A DNA stretch of 64,000 nucleotides from an uncultured Bacillota bacterium (lineage in GTDB: Bacteria > Bacillota > Clostridia > Christensenellales > UBA1242), in the NCBI GenBank assembly GCA_947053645.1, contig CAMRTM010000002.1:41-64040 (forward strand), given 5' to 3'. The notes under the pieces were generated by a model. That model made no database searches. It was not told where the DNA came from and worked only from the letters and a program-made list of their open reading frames with translations. Positions 9,164 through 19,083 of the stretch are shown one piece after another (the stretch's first letter is position 1; each line of letters opens with the position of its first letter). Both the position numbers and the translations under genes were made by a program.

Positions 9164-9349
9164 ATGGCAAGAAAAGCATTAAAAGTTAAACAACAAAGAA
9201 CACCAAAATATAAGACAAGAGCTTATACACGATGCAGTCTTTGTGGTCGTCCACATTCAGTATTAAGAAAATATGGAATCTGTAGAGTTTGTTTCCGCGA
9301 ACTTGCTAGCCGTGGCGAAATACCTGGCGTTAAAAAGGCAAGTTGGTAA
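9164..9349 (+). CDS. rpsN: 30S ribosomal protein S14 type Z (zinc-binding, 61 aa)
   Basis: [23 protein letters not shown]. Confidence 0.97.
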   Translation: MARKALKVKQQRTPKYKTRAYTRCSLCGRPHSVLRKYGICRVCFRELASRGEIPGVKKASW

Positions 9350-9361
9350 AAGGAGGAAGAT

Positions 9362-9760
9362 ATGTTAGTTACTGATCCAATCGCAGATATGCTTACAAGA
9401 ATTCGTAACGCACTCAGTGCAAAACACGAAGAAGTAATAGTACCTGCATCAAACGAAAAAATTGCAATAGCACAAATTCTTCTTGACGAAGGATACATTC
9501 TTTCTTTTGAAAAAAACGAAGAAGGAAACAAAAAGAACATCCTCATCAAACTCAAGTATGATGAAAGTGGCGAAAGCGTAATTCAAGGTTTAAAGAGAAT
9601 TTCAAAACCAGGACTTCGTATATACGCACAAAAAGATAAACTTCCAAAGGTTATAAGCGGACTTGGAATCGCAATTATATCTACAAATAAGGGAATTGTC
9701 ACTGATAAAGTTGCAAGAAACCTCAATGTAGGTGGCGAAGTTCTCGCTTATGTATGGTAG
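9362..9760 (+). CDS. rpsH: 30S ribosomal protein S8
   Basis: [13 protein letters not shown]. Confidence 0.98.
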   Translation: MLVTDPIADMLTRIRNALSAKHEEVIVPASNEKIAIAQILLDEGYILSFEKNEEGNKKNILIKLKYDESGESVIQGLKRISKPGLRIYAQKDKLPKVISGLGIAIISTNKGIVTDKVARNLNVGGEVLAYVW

Positions 9761-9769
9761 GAGGGGAAT

Positions 9770-10318
9770 ATGTCAAGAATAGGAAAAAAGGTTGTCGTAA
9801 TGCCAGCAGGCGTGAGTGCTAAAATGGAAGACGGAATACTTACAGTAACCGGTCCTAAGGGAACTCTTAGCCAAGACATCGACAAAGTTATTAAAACAAA
9901 TATAAACGGACAAGAAGTATCTTTTGAAATAGCAAAAGAAACCCAAGATGCAAATGCAAAACACGGACTATATAGAGCGCTTGCTCACAATATGGTAGTA
10001 GGTGTAAGTGAAGGCTTTAAAAAGACATTACTTATCTCAGGTGTAGGTTACAAAGCAAATGTAACGGGCAATAAACTTGTTCTCAATTTAGGATTCTCTC
10101 ACAATGTGGAAGTAGCAATTCCAAGTGACCTTCAAGTGACTTGCACAAGTGCAACTGAAATCGTTGTAAGCGGAATTGATAAACAAAAAGTAGGTCAATT
10201 TGCCTCTAATGTAAAGGCATTAAGGCCGGTAGAACCATACCACGGTTATGGTGTAAGATATTCTGACCAAGTGGTAATAAGAAAAGTCGGAAAAACTGCA
10301 GGAAAGGGCAAAAAGTAG
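9770..10318 (+). CDS. rplF: 50S ribosomal protein L6
   Basis: MSRIGKKVVVMPAGV...; synteny. Confidence 0.98.
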   Translation: MSRIGKKVVVMPAGVSAKMEDGILTVTGPKGTLSQDIDKVIKTNINGQEVSFEIAKETQDANAKHGLYRALAHNMVVGVSEGFKKTLLISGVGYKANVTGNKLVLNLGFSHNVEVAIPSDLQVTCTSATEIVVSGIDKQKVGQFASNVKALRPVEPYHGYGVRYSDQVVIRKVGKTAGKGKK

Positions 10319-10328
10319 GAGTTAAGCA

Positions 10329-10697
10329 ATGATTAAGGTTAAAGATAAGAATGAAGAAAGACTTGTTCGTCATAAACGCGTAAGAGCAAAACTCTCTGGA
10401 ACTAGTGAAAGACCTCGTCTTTGTGTATATAGAAGTTTAAGCCAAATTTACGCACAAATCATTGACGACTCAAAAGGCACAACACTTGTTAGTGCGTCTA
10501 CTCTTGACCCTGAGGTTAAGGGCTTACTCGAAGGCAAATCAAAATCTGAGCAAGCAAAAATTGTTGGTGAAACAGTGGCAAAGCGTGCTCTTAAGAAAAA
10601 GATTAAAGAAGTTGTTTTCGATAGAGGCGGTTACATCTATATAGGAAGAGTTCAAGCTTTAGCAGATGGTGCTAGAGAAGCAGGACTTAAGTTTTAG
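10329..10697 (+). CDS. rplR: 50S ribosomal protein L18
   Basis: [23 protein letters not shown]...[26 protein letters not shown]. Confidence 0.98.
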   Translation: MIKVKDKNEERLVRHKRVRAKLSGTSERPRLCVYRSLSQIYAQIIDDSKGTTLVSASTLDPEVKGLLEGKSKSEQAKIVGETVAKRALKKKIKEVVFDRGGYIYIGRVQALADGAREAGLKF

Positions 10698-10703
10698 GAG
10701 GAA

Positions 10704-11300
10704 ATGATGGCAAATATCGAAGAAGTAAAGCAAGAACAAACCGAAGAAGTTGTAACCAAGGAAAATGTTTCCAAAAAACCTTTCAATAAGAAAGGAGATA
10801 GAAGAGAAAGACCTGTTAGAAGAGAAGAAAGCGAATTTGATAAACGCGTTGTATCTGTAAGAAGAGTAACAAAGGTTGTTAAAGGCGGAAGAACTCTCCG
10901 TTTCTCAGCACTTGTTGTAGTAGGAGACGGCAAAGGCAAAGTAGGTCTTGGTCTTGGAAAAGGAAGAGAGGTATCTTCAGCGATTGAAAAGGCAACACTT
11001 GTTGCAAAGAAAAACATGAAACTTATTCCAATCGTAGAAGACAGTATTCCTCACGAAACAATAGGAAAATTTTCAGCAACAAACATCCTCATGATGCCTG
11101 CTAAACAAGGTACTGGAGTTATTGCTGGTGGTGCTGCTCGTTCAGTTCTTGAACTCGCGGGCATTCACAACATCGTTACAAAAATTCACGGTTCTACAAA
11201 CAAAATTAACTGCGTAAAAGCAACAATGAATGGTCTTTTATCATTAAAGACTAGAGAAGAAATTGCTGCAAGACGCGGAAAAAGTGTTGATGAGATTTAA
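10704..11300 (+). CDS. rpsE: 30S ribosomal protein S5 (about 30-aa N-terminal acidic/basic extension)
   Basis: RVTKVVKGGRTLRFSALVVVGDGKGKVGLGLGKGREV core; 198 aa. Confidence 0.96.
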   Translation: MMANIEEVKQEQTEEVVTKENVSKKPFNKKGDRRERPVRREESEFDKRVVSVRRVTKVVKGGRTLRFSALVVVGDGKGKVGLGLGKGREVSSAIEKATLVAKKNMKLIPIVEDSIPHETIGKFSATNILMMPAKQGTGVIAGGAARSVLELAGIHNIVTKIHGSTNKINCVKATMNGLLSLKTREEIAARRGKSVDEI

Positions 11301-11311
11301 GGAGAATAGTT

Positions 11312-11509
11312 ATGGCAGAGAAAAAACAAAAAATGCTTAAAGTAACCTATGTAAGAAGTGCAATCGGTTACAACAAAAAGCAATCTAAAATAATTGAAGC
11401 TCTTGGTCTTACAAAACTTAACGATTCTAACATCCTTCCTGATAACGCAAGTGTTCGTGGTAGTATTCACCATGTTGCACACCTCGTTAAAGTGGAAGAA
11501 GTTAAGTAG
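11312..11509 (+). CDS. rpmD: 50S ribosomal protein L30
   Basis: LKVTYVRSAIGYNKKQSKIIEALGL. Confidence 0.96.
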   Translation: MAEKKQKMLKVTYVRSAIGYNKKQSKIIEALGLTKLNDSNILPDNASVRGSIHHVAHLVKVEEVK

Positions 11510-11518
11510 GAGGGAAAT

Positions 11519-11965
11519 ATGGAATTAAATAATTTAAGACCTGCCGAAGGTGCTACAACCAAAAAAGTAAGAGTTGGCAGAGGTATCGGCAGTGGAATCG
11601 GAAAAACAAGTGGAAAAGGTCATAAAGGACAAAACGCTAGAAGTGGCGGTGGAGTTAGACCAGGATTTGAAGGCGGAAACATCCCTCTTATTAGAAAGGT
11701 TGTAATCCGTGGATTCAATAATAAAAACTTTAGAAAGAATTACGCTTGCGTTAATGTAGGCGACCTCGAAGCATTTGAAGCAAATGCAGTAATTACAGAA
11801 GAACTTCTGTATGAAACAAGATTTATCGGAAGACGCGAGTCACATGGACTTAAGATTCTAGGAAACGGCAATCTTACTAAACCTCTCACTGTAAGAGCGA
11901 ATAAGTTTACCGCATCCGCAAAGGAAAAAATTGAAAAAGCCGGTGGAAAAGTAGAGGAGTTATAA
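11519..11965 (+). CDS. rplO: 50S ribosomal protein L15
   Basis: [36 protein letters not shown]. Confidence 0.98.
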   Translation: MELNNLRPAEGATTKKVRVGRGIGSGIGKTSGKGHKGQNARSGGGVRPGFEGGNIPLIRKVVIRGFNNKNFRKNYACVNVGDLEAFEANAVITEELLYETRFIGRRESHGLKILGNGNLTKPLTVRANKFTASAKEKIEKAGGKVEEL

Positions 11966-13257
11966 TGTTTAAAACAATAATTAATGCATTTAAAATCAAA
12001 GACATTCGTAAGAAGATTTTAATAACATTATTGTTATTATTCATTTATCGTGTTGGATGTTGGATACCTGCGGTTGGATTTAGACCAGACGCAGTTATCG
12101 ACACTACCAATGGAAGTCTTTCAATTTTCAGCCTTATGAACCTTGTAAGTGGTGGTGCACTTTCAAACTGCTCAATTTTAGCACTTGGTGTAACCCCTTA
12201 CATTACGGCGTCCATCGTTATCCAACTTCTCACTGTGGCAATACCGCCACTTGAAAGACTTGCAAAAAGTGGAGAAGATGGAAGAAGAAAGATAAATCTA
12301 TATACAAGAATTGCAGCACTCGTGCTTGCTCTTGCACAAAGTATTGGTATAGTTGTAGGTATGAACGCTTTTGACCCTAACGCACTTTGGGTTGGCGCAC
12401 CAACTTGGCTTATCGGAATAGGACTTGTTCTTATATTAACCGGTGGAGCAATGTTTACAGTATGGATTGGTGAAAGAATAACCGACCTTGGAATAGGAAA
12501 CGGCATGAGCCTTCTTATCTTCGTAGGTATCCTTTCTTCAGCAGCGTCTGCACTCGGACAAGCATTCAAACTTGTGGGTGACAACATCAATTACCTATGG
12601 TATATCGTAATCTTTGTAGTTGCAGTTATTGCAATCTTCGCACTTATCGTATTTGTAGATGGTGCAGAGCGAAGGGTGCCAGTGCAATATGCAAAGCAAA
12701 TGAAGGGAAGAAAAATGTATGGTGGACAAAACACCTACATTCCAATAAGGGTAAACGGCTCAGGGGTAATGCCAATAATTTTGGCAAGCACCTTCCTTAC
12801 CTTCCCACAACTTATAATCAGCATTTTCTGGCCAAATGTAACTTGGTATCAAGAATGGCTGGGTACAAACTCATGGTTATACATTGTACTTACTGCTGTG
12901 TTTATACTACTCTTCTCATTCTTCTATTCTAAGATTACCTTTGATCCAAATGATATAAGTAAAAGAATACAACAGCAAGGTGGCTTCATTCCGGGTATTC
13001 GTGCAGGAAAACCTACCGCAGAGTATTTAGGAAAAATATCAGGAAGAATAACACTCTTTGGAGCAATCTTCCTCGCAGCAATCGCACTTATTCCATCTCT
13101 TGCCTTTAAAGCAATAGGTGATGCAACAGGTGCGGGTATACTCATCAATGCCTTCAGTGCAACAGGACTTATGATCGTAGTTTCAGTGGCACTCGAACTT
13201 GATAAACAACTTGAAGCACAAATGCTTATGAGAAACTATAAAGGTTTCTTAAATTAG
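11965..13257 (+). CDS. secY: Preprotein translocase subunit SecY
   Basis: 430 aa, multi-TM. Position after rplO; GGALSNCSILALGVTPYITASIVIQLL motif. Confidence 0.97.
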   Translation: MFKTIINAFKIKDIRKKILITLLLLFIYRVGCWIPAVGFRPDAVIDTTNGSLSIFSLMNLVSGGALSNCSILALGVTPYITASIVIQLLTVAIPPLERLAKSGEDGRRKINLYTRIAALVLALAQSIGIVVGMNAFDPNALWVGAPTWLIGIGLVLILTGGAMFTVWIGERITDLGIGNGMSLLIFVGILSSAASALGQAFKLVGDNINYLWYIVIFVVAVIAIFALIVFVDGAERRVPVQYAKQMKGRKMYGGQNTYIPIRVNGSGVMPIILASTFLTFPQLIISIFWPNVTWYQEWLGTNSWLYIVLTAVFILLFSFFYSKITFDPNDISKRIQQQGGFIPGIRAGKPTAEYLGKISGRITLFGAIFLAAIALIPSLAFKAIGDATGAGILINAFSATGLMIVVSVALELDKQLEAQMLMRNYKGFLN

Positions 13258-13270
13258 TACAGATTGTTAA

Positions 13271-13305
13271 TATTGTGTTTCCTCGTGAAGCGGGGAAACA
13301 CAATA
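13271..13305 (+). other. Strong stem-loop in the secY-adk spacer without a T tract
   Basis: tattgtgtttcc (13271-13282) pairs perfectly with ggaaacacaata (13294-13305), plus 2 further pairs; 7-nt loop. Confidence 0.6.
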
Positions 13306-13395
13306 AAATACATTCGACCCCGTCTTAGGTCGTTAAATAAGAGGAAAGGGAAAGATATTGAAGTAATTGATGTCTGTCCCAAGATAGGAGGCCAA

Positions 13396-14028
13396 ATGAA
13401 TTTAATTCTTTTAGGGGCACAAGGAAGTGGCAAAGGCACTCTTGCAAAAAATATTTCCAGAGATTTCGGACTTGTTCAAATCTCGACAGGGGATCTTTTT
13501 AGAGAGAGCATTGCAAAAAAAGAAAAACTTGGGCTTAAGGCAAAAGAGTATATGAATAGAGGCGAACTTGTTCCTATAGAGTTAACCTTAAAAATTCTTA
13601 ATGAAAGAATTTCTAAACCTGATTGCAAAAAAGGGTTTATACTAGATGGCTTTCCTAGATCTATTGAACAGGCGGAAGCACTTAAAGAAGTTGCAAATAT
13701 TGACTATGTCATCAATGTAGAACTTCCATATGAGGAATGTGTGGCAAGATTAACCACTCGTCGCACCTGCCCAAACTGTGGAGATATTGATAATATGACT
13801 TATGAAGGTTATACTGGCAACTGTCGTAAATGTGGTACGCCACTCTTCCAGCGTGATGACGATAAGCCGGAAGCGATTAAAACTCGTCTGGAAGTTTATG
13901 AAAAGACAACGACACCACTCATAAACTTCTACAGTGATAGGCTATTTAAAGTATCAAGTCTGGGGACTCCAGAAGATACATATAGGCCGGTGAAAGACTT
14001 TTTATCAAACCTTGGGAGGAAAAAGTGA
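13396..14028 (+). CDS. adk: Adenylate kinase (zinc-lid type)
   Basis: ATG at 13396 after RBS aggagg. MNLILLGAQGSGKGT P-loop; lid CPNCG...CRKCG. The ORF-track start at 13264 is read-through of the spacer. Confidence 0.96.
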   Translation: MNLILLGAQGSGKGTLAKNISRDFGLVQISTGDLFRESIAKKEKLGLKAKEYMNRGELVPIELTLKILNERISKPDCKKGFILDGFPRSIEQAEALKEVANIDYVINVELPYEECVARLTTRRTCPNCGDIDNMTYEGYTGNCRKCGTPLFQRDDDKPEAIKTRLEVYEKTTTPLINFYSDRLFKVSSLGTPEDTYRPVKDFLSNLGRKK

Positions 14029-14768
14029 GAACAATGACTCCCGCAGAGATAGTTCTTATGCGAAAGGCTGGGCAGATTACAAGAGATGCATTAAATTATG
14101 CGCAAACTCTAGTAAAAGCAGGAATTTCAACATATGAACTTGACAAATCGATAGAAAAGTTTATAATAGATAGTGGTGGAACTCCCTCATGCCTAGGTTA
14201 TGAAGGATATCCTGCAAGTATATGCGCATCAGTAAATGAAATGGTGGTGCACGGCATACCTTCCAAAGATGTTATTCTAAAAGAAGGGGATATCATAAGC
14301 GTAGACCTATGCGTGACATATAAAGGTTACATAGCCGATGCAGCAAGGACTTTCCCAGTGGGAACGATATCCTTTGAAAAAGCAAGACTTATTGAAGTAA
14401 CCAAACAGTGTTTCTTTGAAGGCATTAAGCATCTTGCGGTAGGGCATCGATTAGGTGAACTATCACACGCAATACAAGTGCATGCTGAAAAGAATGGTTA
14501 CAGCGTGGTACGGGAATTGGCGGGACATGGCGTTGGAAGAGAAATGCATGAACCTCCAACCATTTGCAATTATGGCAAGGAAACAAGCGGGCCAATGGTT
14601 ATAGAAGACTGTTGCCTTGCAATAGAACCTATGATAAACATGGGACGCAAAGAGGTGTGGCTCGTAGAAGACGGCTGGGGAGTAATAACTCGTGATGGAA
14701 AGCCTTCCGCACATTACGAAAATACGGTGCTAGTCACCAAAAATGGCGTAGAAATTTTAACTTTATAG
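14025..14768 (+). CDS. map: Type I methionine aminopeptidase
   Basis: GTG at 14025 after RBS gggagga (alternative ATG at 14034). GYEGYPASICASVNEMVVHGIP motif. Confidence 0.95.
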   Translation: MRTMTPAEIVLMRKAGQITRDALNYAQTLVKAGISTYELDKSIEKFIIDSGGTPSCLGYEGYPASICASVNEMVVHGIPSKDVILKEGDIISVDLCVTYKGYIADAARTFPVGTISFEKARLIEVTKQCFFEGIKHLAVGHRLGELSHAIQVHAEKNGYSVVRELAGHGVGREMHEPPTICNYGKETSGPMVIEDCCLAIEPMINMGRKEVWLVEDGWGVITRDGKPSAHYENTVLVTKNGVEILTL

Positions 14769-14776
14769 AGGTTTGT

Positions 14777-15016
14777 ATGCAAATAGGAAATAAAGTAAAA
14801 GCGCTTAAAGGAAAGGAAAGCGGAAAGGAATTTGTAGTTGTAAGAATAGACGGTAAATTTGTCTATCTTGCAGATGGCAAAAGGTTAAAAGCCCAAAAGC
14901 CAAAGAAGAAGAGCATACTACATGTTGTATTATGCAAAGGCGAATTGCCCCTAGATGAAGTAGAATTACTTGAAGAGAGGGTCAATGCAAAAATCAGAAA
15001 ATTTTTAAAGGAGTAA
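14777..15016 (+). CDS. KOW domain-containing RNA-binding protein (map-infA spacer gene common in Clostridia)
   Basis: 79 aa: [32 protein letters not shown]...; position between map and infA. Confidence 0.7.
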   Translation: MQIGNKVKALKGKESGKEFVVVRIDGKFVYLADGKRLKAQKPKKKSILHVVLCKGELPLDEVELLEERVNAKIRKFLKE

Positions 15017-15018
15017 CA

Positions 15019-15240
15019 ATGTCTAAAGAAGATGTAATTGAATTCGAAGGAATCGTTGAAGAAGTTTTACCTAATACAACATTCAGAGTAAGACTAAGCA
15101 ATGGACATGTTATCACAACCTACATTTCTGGCAAACTTAGAAAGAATTTTATTAAGGTGCTAGAAGGGGACAAAGTTAAAGTCGAGATGAGCCCTTATGA
15201 CCTATCAAAGGGCAGGATTACTTGGAGAGAAAAAGGTTAA
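15019..15240 (+). CDS. infA: Translation initiation factor IF-1
   Basis: [30 protein letters not shown]. Confidence 0.98.
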   Translation: MSKEDVIEFEGIVEEVLPNTTFRVRLSNGHVITTYISGKLRKNFIKVLEGDKVKVEMSPYDLSKGRITWREKG

Positions 15241-15253
15241 AAAGGAGCCGAAA

Positions 15254-15370
15254 ATGAAAGTTAGAGCATCTGTTAAGCCAATGTGTGATAAATGCAGAGT
15301 AATCAAAAGGAACGGTAAAGTAATGGTTATCTGTCCTAAGAGCGCAAAGCACAAACAAACACAAGGTTAA
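15254..15370 (+). CDS. rpmJ: 50S ribosomal protein L36 (zinc form, 38 aa)
   Basis: Not in the ORF track (too short). RBS aaaggag; translation [38 protein letters not shown]. Confidence 0.95.
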   Translation: MKVRASVKPMCDKCRVIKRNGKVMVICPKSAKHKQTQG

Positions 15371-15395
15371 TAAAAAGAAAATGGAGGAAAATTAA

Positions 15396-15773
15396 ATGGC
15401 AAGAATTGCTGGTGTGGATTTACCTAGAGAAAAGAGATTGGAACTTGGACTTACCTATATATATGGTATAGGAAGGGTAACATCCAACAAAATTTGTGAA
15501 GCCACTGGTGTAAGTGCTGATATAAGAGTAAAAGACCTTACAGACGATCAAGTGGCAAAACTTCGTAATTACATTGAACATAATGTAATTGTTGAAGGTG
15601 AACTTCGTAAAAAAGTCGATATGGACATCAAGAAACTTAATGAAATAGGTTGCTATCGTGGTGTTCGTCACCGTAAAGGATTACCAGTAAGAGGGCAAAA
15701 CACTCGTAATAATGCGAGAACAAGAAAAGGTCCAAAGAAAGTCGTTGCTGGAAGTTCAAAGAAAGGTAAGTAA
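15396..15773 (+). CDS. rpsM: 30S ribosomal protein S13
   Basis: [14 protein letters not shown]. Confidence 0.98.
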   Translation: MARIAGVDLPREKRLELGLTYIYGIGRVTSNKICEATGVSADIRVKDLTDDQVAKLRNYIEHNVIVEGELRKKVDMDIKKLNEIGCYRGVRHRKGLPVRGQNTRNNARTRKGPKKVVAGSSKKGK

Positions 15774-15783
15774 GGAGTAAAAT

Positions 15784-16182
15784 ATGGCACAAACTAAGAA
15801 AACTACAACTAAAACAAAGAAAAGAGTTAGCAGAAATATTTCTAACGGACAAGTTCATATTAAAACTTCTTTTAATAATACCATCGTATCTTTTACTGAT
15901 TGTGATGGCAATGTACTTTCATGGTGTTCATCTGGTAAACTTGGACTTAAAGGTTCAAAGAAGAGTACACCATTCGCAGCACAATCTTGTGTTGAAGATG
16001 CTGCAAAGGTAGCAAAAGAGCATGGTATCCAAAATGTAGAAGTTTTTGTTAAGGGACCAGGAAGCGGTCGTGAACTTGCTATTCGTTCCCTTCAAGGATG
16101 CGATCTTAATGTAACATTAATCAAGGATGTATCTCCAATCGCTCATAACGGTTGCAGACCTCCTAAAACAAGAAGAATTTAA
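15784..16182 (+). CDS. rpsK: 30S ribosomal protein S11
   Basis: [18 protein letters not shown]...[11 protein letters not shown]. Confidence 0.98.
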   Translation: MAQTKKTTTKTKKRVSRNISNGQVHIKTSFNNTIVSFTDCDGNVLSWCSSGKLGLKGSKKSTPFAAQSCVEDAAKVAKEHGIQNVEVFVKGPGSGRELAIRSLQGCDLNVTLIKDVSPIAHNGCRPPKTRRI

Positions 16183-16195
16183 AAGGAGAAAATAA

Positions 16196-16822
16196 ATGGC
16201 AAGAACAATAGAACCTGACTGCCGTCAATGCAGACGCGAAGGATGCAAACTTTTCCTTAAAGGCGAAAGATGCACAACAAAAAAATGTGCTATGGAAAGA
16301 CGCCCAGTTATACCTGGACAGCATGGTAATTCAAGAAGAAGAGTAACCTTCTCTGAATATGGTAGCCAACTTCGTGAAAAGCAAAAAGTTAAGAGAATGT
16401 ACGGTGTACTTGAAAGTCAGTTTAGAAAATATTATGACGAAGCAGAAAGAATGAAAGGGGTAACTGGTGAAAATATGTTATCTCTTATCGAAAGACGCCT
16501 TGACAATGTTGTTTATAGAATGGGAATTGGTGCAAGCCGCAGCCAATGCCGTCAAATCGTAAATCATGGTCACATCACTGTAAATGGAAAAAGAGTAAAT
16601 ATACCTTCTTATTCTGTAAGAGTAGGCGATGTAATTGCAGTTAAAGAGAACAAGCAAGATCTTGAATTCTTTAAAGCAATTAAAGGCATGAAAGTAGTAA
16701 TGCCAAAATGGCTTGAATTTGATACCAATACTTTAACTGGGAAAATCGTTGCACTTCCTAGTCGTGAAGATATTGACGCTGATATCAAAGAACAACTTAT
16801 CATCGAATTGTATTCGAGATAA
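16196..16822 (+). CDS. rpsD: 30S ribosomal protein S4 (Cys-rich, zinc-type N-terminus)
   Basis: [23 protein letters not shown]; S4 domain LDNVVYRMG. Confidence 0.98.
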   Translation: MARTIEPDCRQCRREGCKLFLKGERCTTKKCAMERRPVIPGQHGNSRRRVTFSEYGSQLREKQKVKRMYGVLESQFRKYYDEAERMKGVTGENMLSLIERRLDNVVYRMGIGASRSQCRQIVNHGHITVNGKRVNIPSYSVRVGDVIAVKENKQDLEFFKAIKGMKVVMPKWLEFDTNTLTGKIVALPSREDIDADIKEQLIIELYSR

Positions 16823-16841
16823 TAATTGGAGGGCAAAATAA

Positions 16842-17795
16842 ATGATGGAAATGGAAAGACCTAGAATTACCTGTGAAGAAACTGATAATGGAAGTTATGC
16901 AAGATTTGTAGTAGAACCTCTTGAAAAAGGCTATGGTATTACACTTGGCAATACTATGAGAAGAACTCTTCTCTCTGCACTTCCTGGCTCAGCACCTATT
17001 GCTATTAGAATAGCAGGTGTTGCACATGAATTCTCTACAGTAAGAGGGGTAACAGAAGATGTTGTAGACATTATTCTTAACCTTAAATCTTTGGCTGTTA
17101 GATGCAACAACAAAGATAGAGATTTTGTAACATACCTTCGCATTAGAAAAAATGGTGCTGGCGAAGTAACTGCAAGAGATTTTGAAAGTAATGATGAAGT
17201 TACTATTCTTAATCCAGACCTTCACATTTGCACTATGGACGAAGGTGCTGTGCTTGATATGGATGTTATGATTGGCAATGGACGCGGATATGTTCCAAAC
17301 ACTGTAAACAAAACTAAATTTGATAACATTGACTTTATCGCAATGGATTCAATCTTCTCACCTGTGAAGAAAGCAAACTTCAATGTGGAAAGCACCCGTG
17401 TTGGACAAAGCGTTGACTTTGATAAACTTACAGTAGAGGTTGAAACAAACGGAACAACTTCTGCAAGAGAGATTGTTGCACTTGCAGGAAAGATTATTGT
17501 TGAACATATTGGTTTATTCGTTGAACTTTGCAGCCAAATGAGCAATATGGATATATTAGTTTCAAGAGAGGAAGATAAACAAACAAAACTTATGGAACTT
17601 CCTATTGAAGAAATGGATCTTTCTGTCCGTTCATATAACTGCTTGAAGAGAGCAGGAGTAAATACTATGGAAGACCTTCTTAAAAAATCAAGAGGAGATA
17701 TGCTTAAGGTTAAAAACCTTGGTATCAAATCTATTGATGAGGTTATTCAAAAACTTGAAAGTTATGGACTTTCACTTCGTAAAGACGAAGACTAG
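16842..17795 (+). CDS. rpoA: DNA-directed RNA polymerase subunit alpha
   Basis: 317 aa. FVVEPLEKGYGITLGNTMRRTLLS; C-terminal-domain motif LSVRSYNCLKRAGVNT. Confidence 0.98.
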   Translation: MMEMERPRITCEETDNGSYARFVVEPLEKGYGITLGNTMRRTLLSALPGSAPIAIRIAGVAHEFSTVRGVTEDVVDIILNLKSLAVRCNNKDRDFVTYLRIRKNGAGEVTARDFESNDEVTILNPDLHICTMDEGAVLDMDVMIGNGRGYVPNTVNKTKFDNIDFIAMDSIFSPVKKANFNVESTRVGQSVDFDKLTVEVETNGTTSAREIVALAGKIIVEHIGLFVELCSQMSNMDILVSREEDKQTKLMELPIEEMDLSVRSYNCLKRAGVNTMEDLLKKSRGDMLKVKNLGIKSIDEVIQKLESYGLSLRKDED

Positions 17796-17811
17796 TTAAA
17801 AGGAGAAAATT

Positions 17812-18321
17812 ATGGCTAACGAGAAATTAGGCAGACCTTCTAAAGAAAGAACAGCACTCCTTCGTGGACAAGTGACTGACCTTTTATGGAATGGTAGAAT
17901 AGAGACTACTCTTGCTAAGGCAAAGTCAGTGAGAAGTAAGGCAGAAAAGATTTTAACACTTGCAATCAATTCTTATGAAGATATTGTTAAAGTTCCAAAA
18001 CAAATCAAAGATGATAAAGGTGTTAAAGTTAAAACAACAGTATCTAACGATGGTCCTAAAAAATTGCAGGCTCGTAGACAGATCATGGCTTACCTTTATG
18101 ACAAACAAGAGCAAAGAAAGCCAAAAGAATCTGTTGAAGCATTTGCTACAAGAACTGCAGGCATCAATCATCCTCTTCTTGAAAAAATATTTAATGTATA
18201 TGCACCTAAATATGCAGGAAGAATAAAAGAAGTTGGACAGGGCGGTGGCTATACTAGAGTTATCAAACTTGGACAGCGCCGTGGCGATGCTGCTGAAATG
18301 GCAATAGTAGAACTTATCTAA
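17812..18321 (+). CDS. rplQ: 50S ribosomal protein L17 with an internal ~45-aa insertion
   Basis: KLGRPSKERTALLRGQVTDLL...GGGYTRVIKLGQRRGDAAEMAIVELI; 169 aa. Confidence 0.96.
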   Translation: MANEKLGRPSKERTALLRGQVTDLLWNGRIETTLAKAKSVRSKAEKILTLAINSYEDIVKVPKQIKDDKGVKVKTTVSNDGPKKLQARRQIMAYLYDKQEQRKPKESVEAFATRTAGINHPLLEKIFNVYAPKYAGRIKEVGQGGGYTRVIKLGQRRGDAAEMAIVELI

Positions 18322-18348
18322 AAAAGTGCATTTTTTTGCACTTTTTTT
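18322..18348 (+). terminator. Rho-independent terminator ending the alpha operon
   Basis: aaaagtgca / tgcactttt stem, T7 tail. Confidence 0.85.
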
Positions 18349-18416
18349 CTTAAAAACACAAAAAACTCTTGACAAATCCCCCCCGTGTATAATTAAAATA
18401 TAAAAAGGGGAGAAAA

Positions 18417-19040
18417 ATGGAAAAGAAAAAATATTTTACTTTAAGTGCGGGGATTATGGGGACCGTTGTACTTAGCATACTTACAATTTTGCATGTCATA
18501 GTAGGGGCAAGTGCACTAGATGCACTTAATTATGATGGTATGTCCGCTAGTGGTATATTAACTACAATAGGAATACTTTATATAATGCTTGCTATTATCG
18601 AGTTTACTGCTATTGGACTTAATGGTGCATCAATCGCAGCATACAAACCTGAGAAAAGCAAAAAATACAAAGCAACTGTAATTACAACCGTGGTATTTAA
18701 CTTTGTTATTATTTTATTTAGTATTATTGTGTTTATTGTGGCTGTTCCAGTATGGCTTTTAATTGTTGGACTGATTTTTGACTTAGTGCTTATTTGTGCA
18801 AATGTTTTCTACATTATAGATTTGGCACACAAAGATCTTCCACAAGAGGCAGAACAAGAAGTACCAGTTGCCAAGGCTAGCATAGTGCAACCAGCGGCTA
18901 AGAAACAAGTTGCAACCAAAGAAGAACAATTACTTATCGAACTTGAGAAACTTGTATCTTTAAGAGAGAAACATATTCTCACTCAAGAAGAGTTTGACAA
19001 AATTAAAGCACAAATTATTGCAAAACATATTTCAGAATAA
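18417..19040 (+). CDS. Membrane protein with a C-terminal SHOCT domain
   Basis: About 4 TM segments, then EEQLLIELEKLVSLREKHILTQEEFDKIKAQII (SHOCT-like). Confidence 0.65.
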   Translation: MEKKKYFTLSAGIMGTVVLSILTILHVIVGASALDALNYDGMSASGILTTIGILYIMLAIIEFTAIGLNGASIAAYKPEKSKKYKATVITTVVFNFVIILFSIIVFIVAVPVWLLIVGLIFDLVLICANVFYIIDLAHKDLPQEAEQEVPVAKASIVQPAAKKQVATKEEQLLIELEKLVSLREKHILTQEEFDKIKAQIIAKHISE

Positions 19041-19045
19041 AAAAT

Positions 19046-19067
19046 CACTTCATTTGAGGTGTTTTTT
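19046..19067. terminator. Bidirectional terminator between convergent genes
   Basis: cacttc / gaggtg stem (one G-U), A tract upstream and T6 downstream. Confidence 0.5.
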
Positions 19068-19083
19068 ATTTTGTTAACCAAAA

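Noticed and set aside
13264-13395. ORF-track N-terminal extensions for adk (13264), rlmN (34362), rsgA (35375), ftsW (49971), DUF3794 (37218), the membrane protein (38824), sleB (40264), murF (43676), murA (51292), the BclA-like gene (834) and the 345-aa protein (up to 60111).
   Set aside because: In each case an internal start with a proper Shine-Dalgarno sequence and a homolog-like N-terminus exists. The extension covers a spacer, a promoter, or the 3' end of the neighbouring gene.
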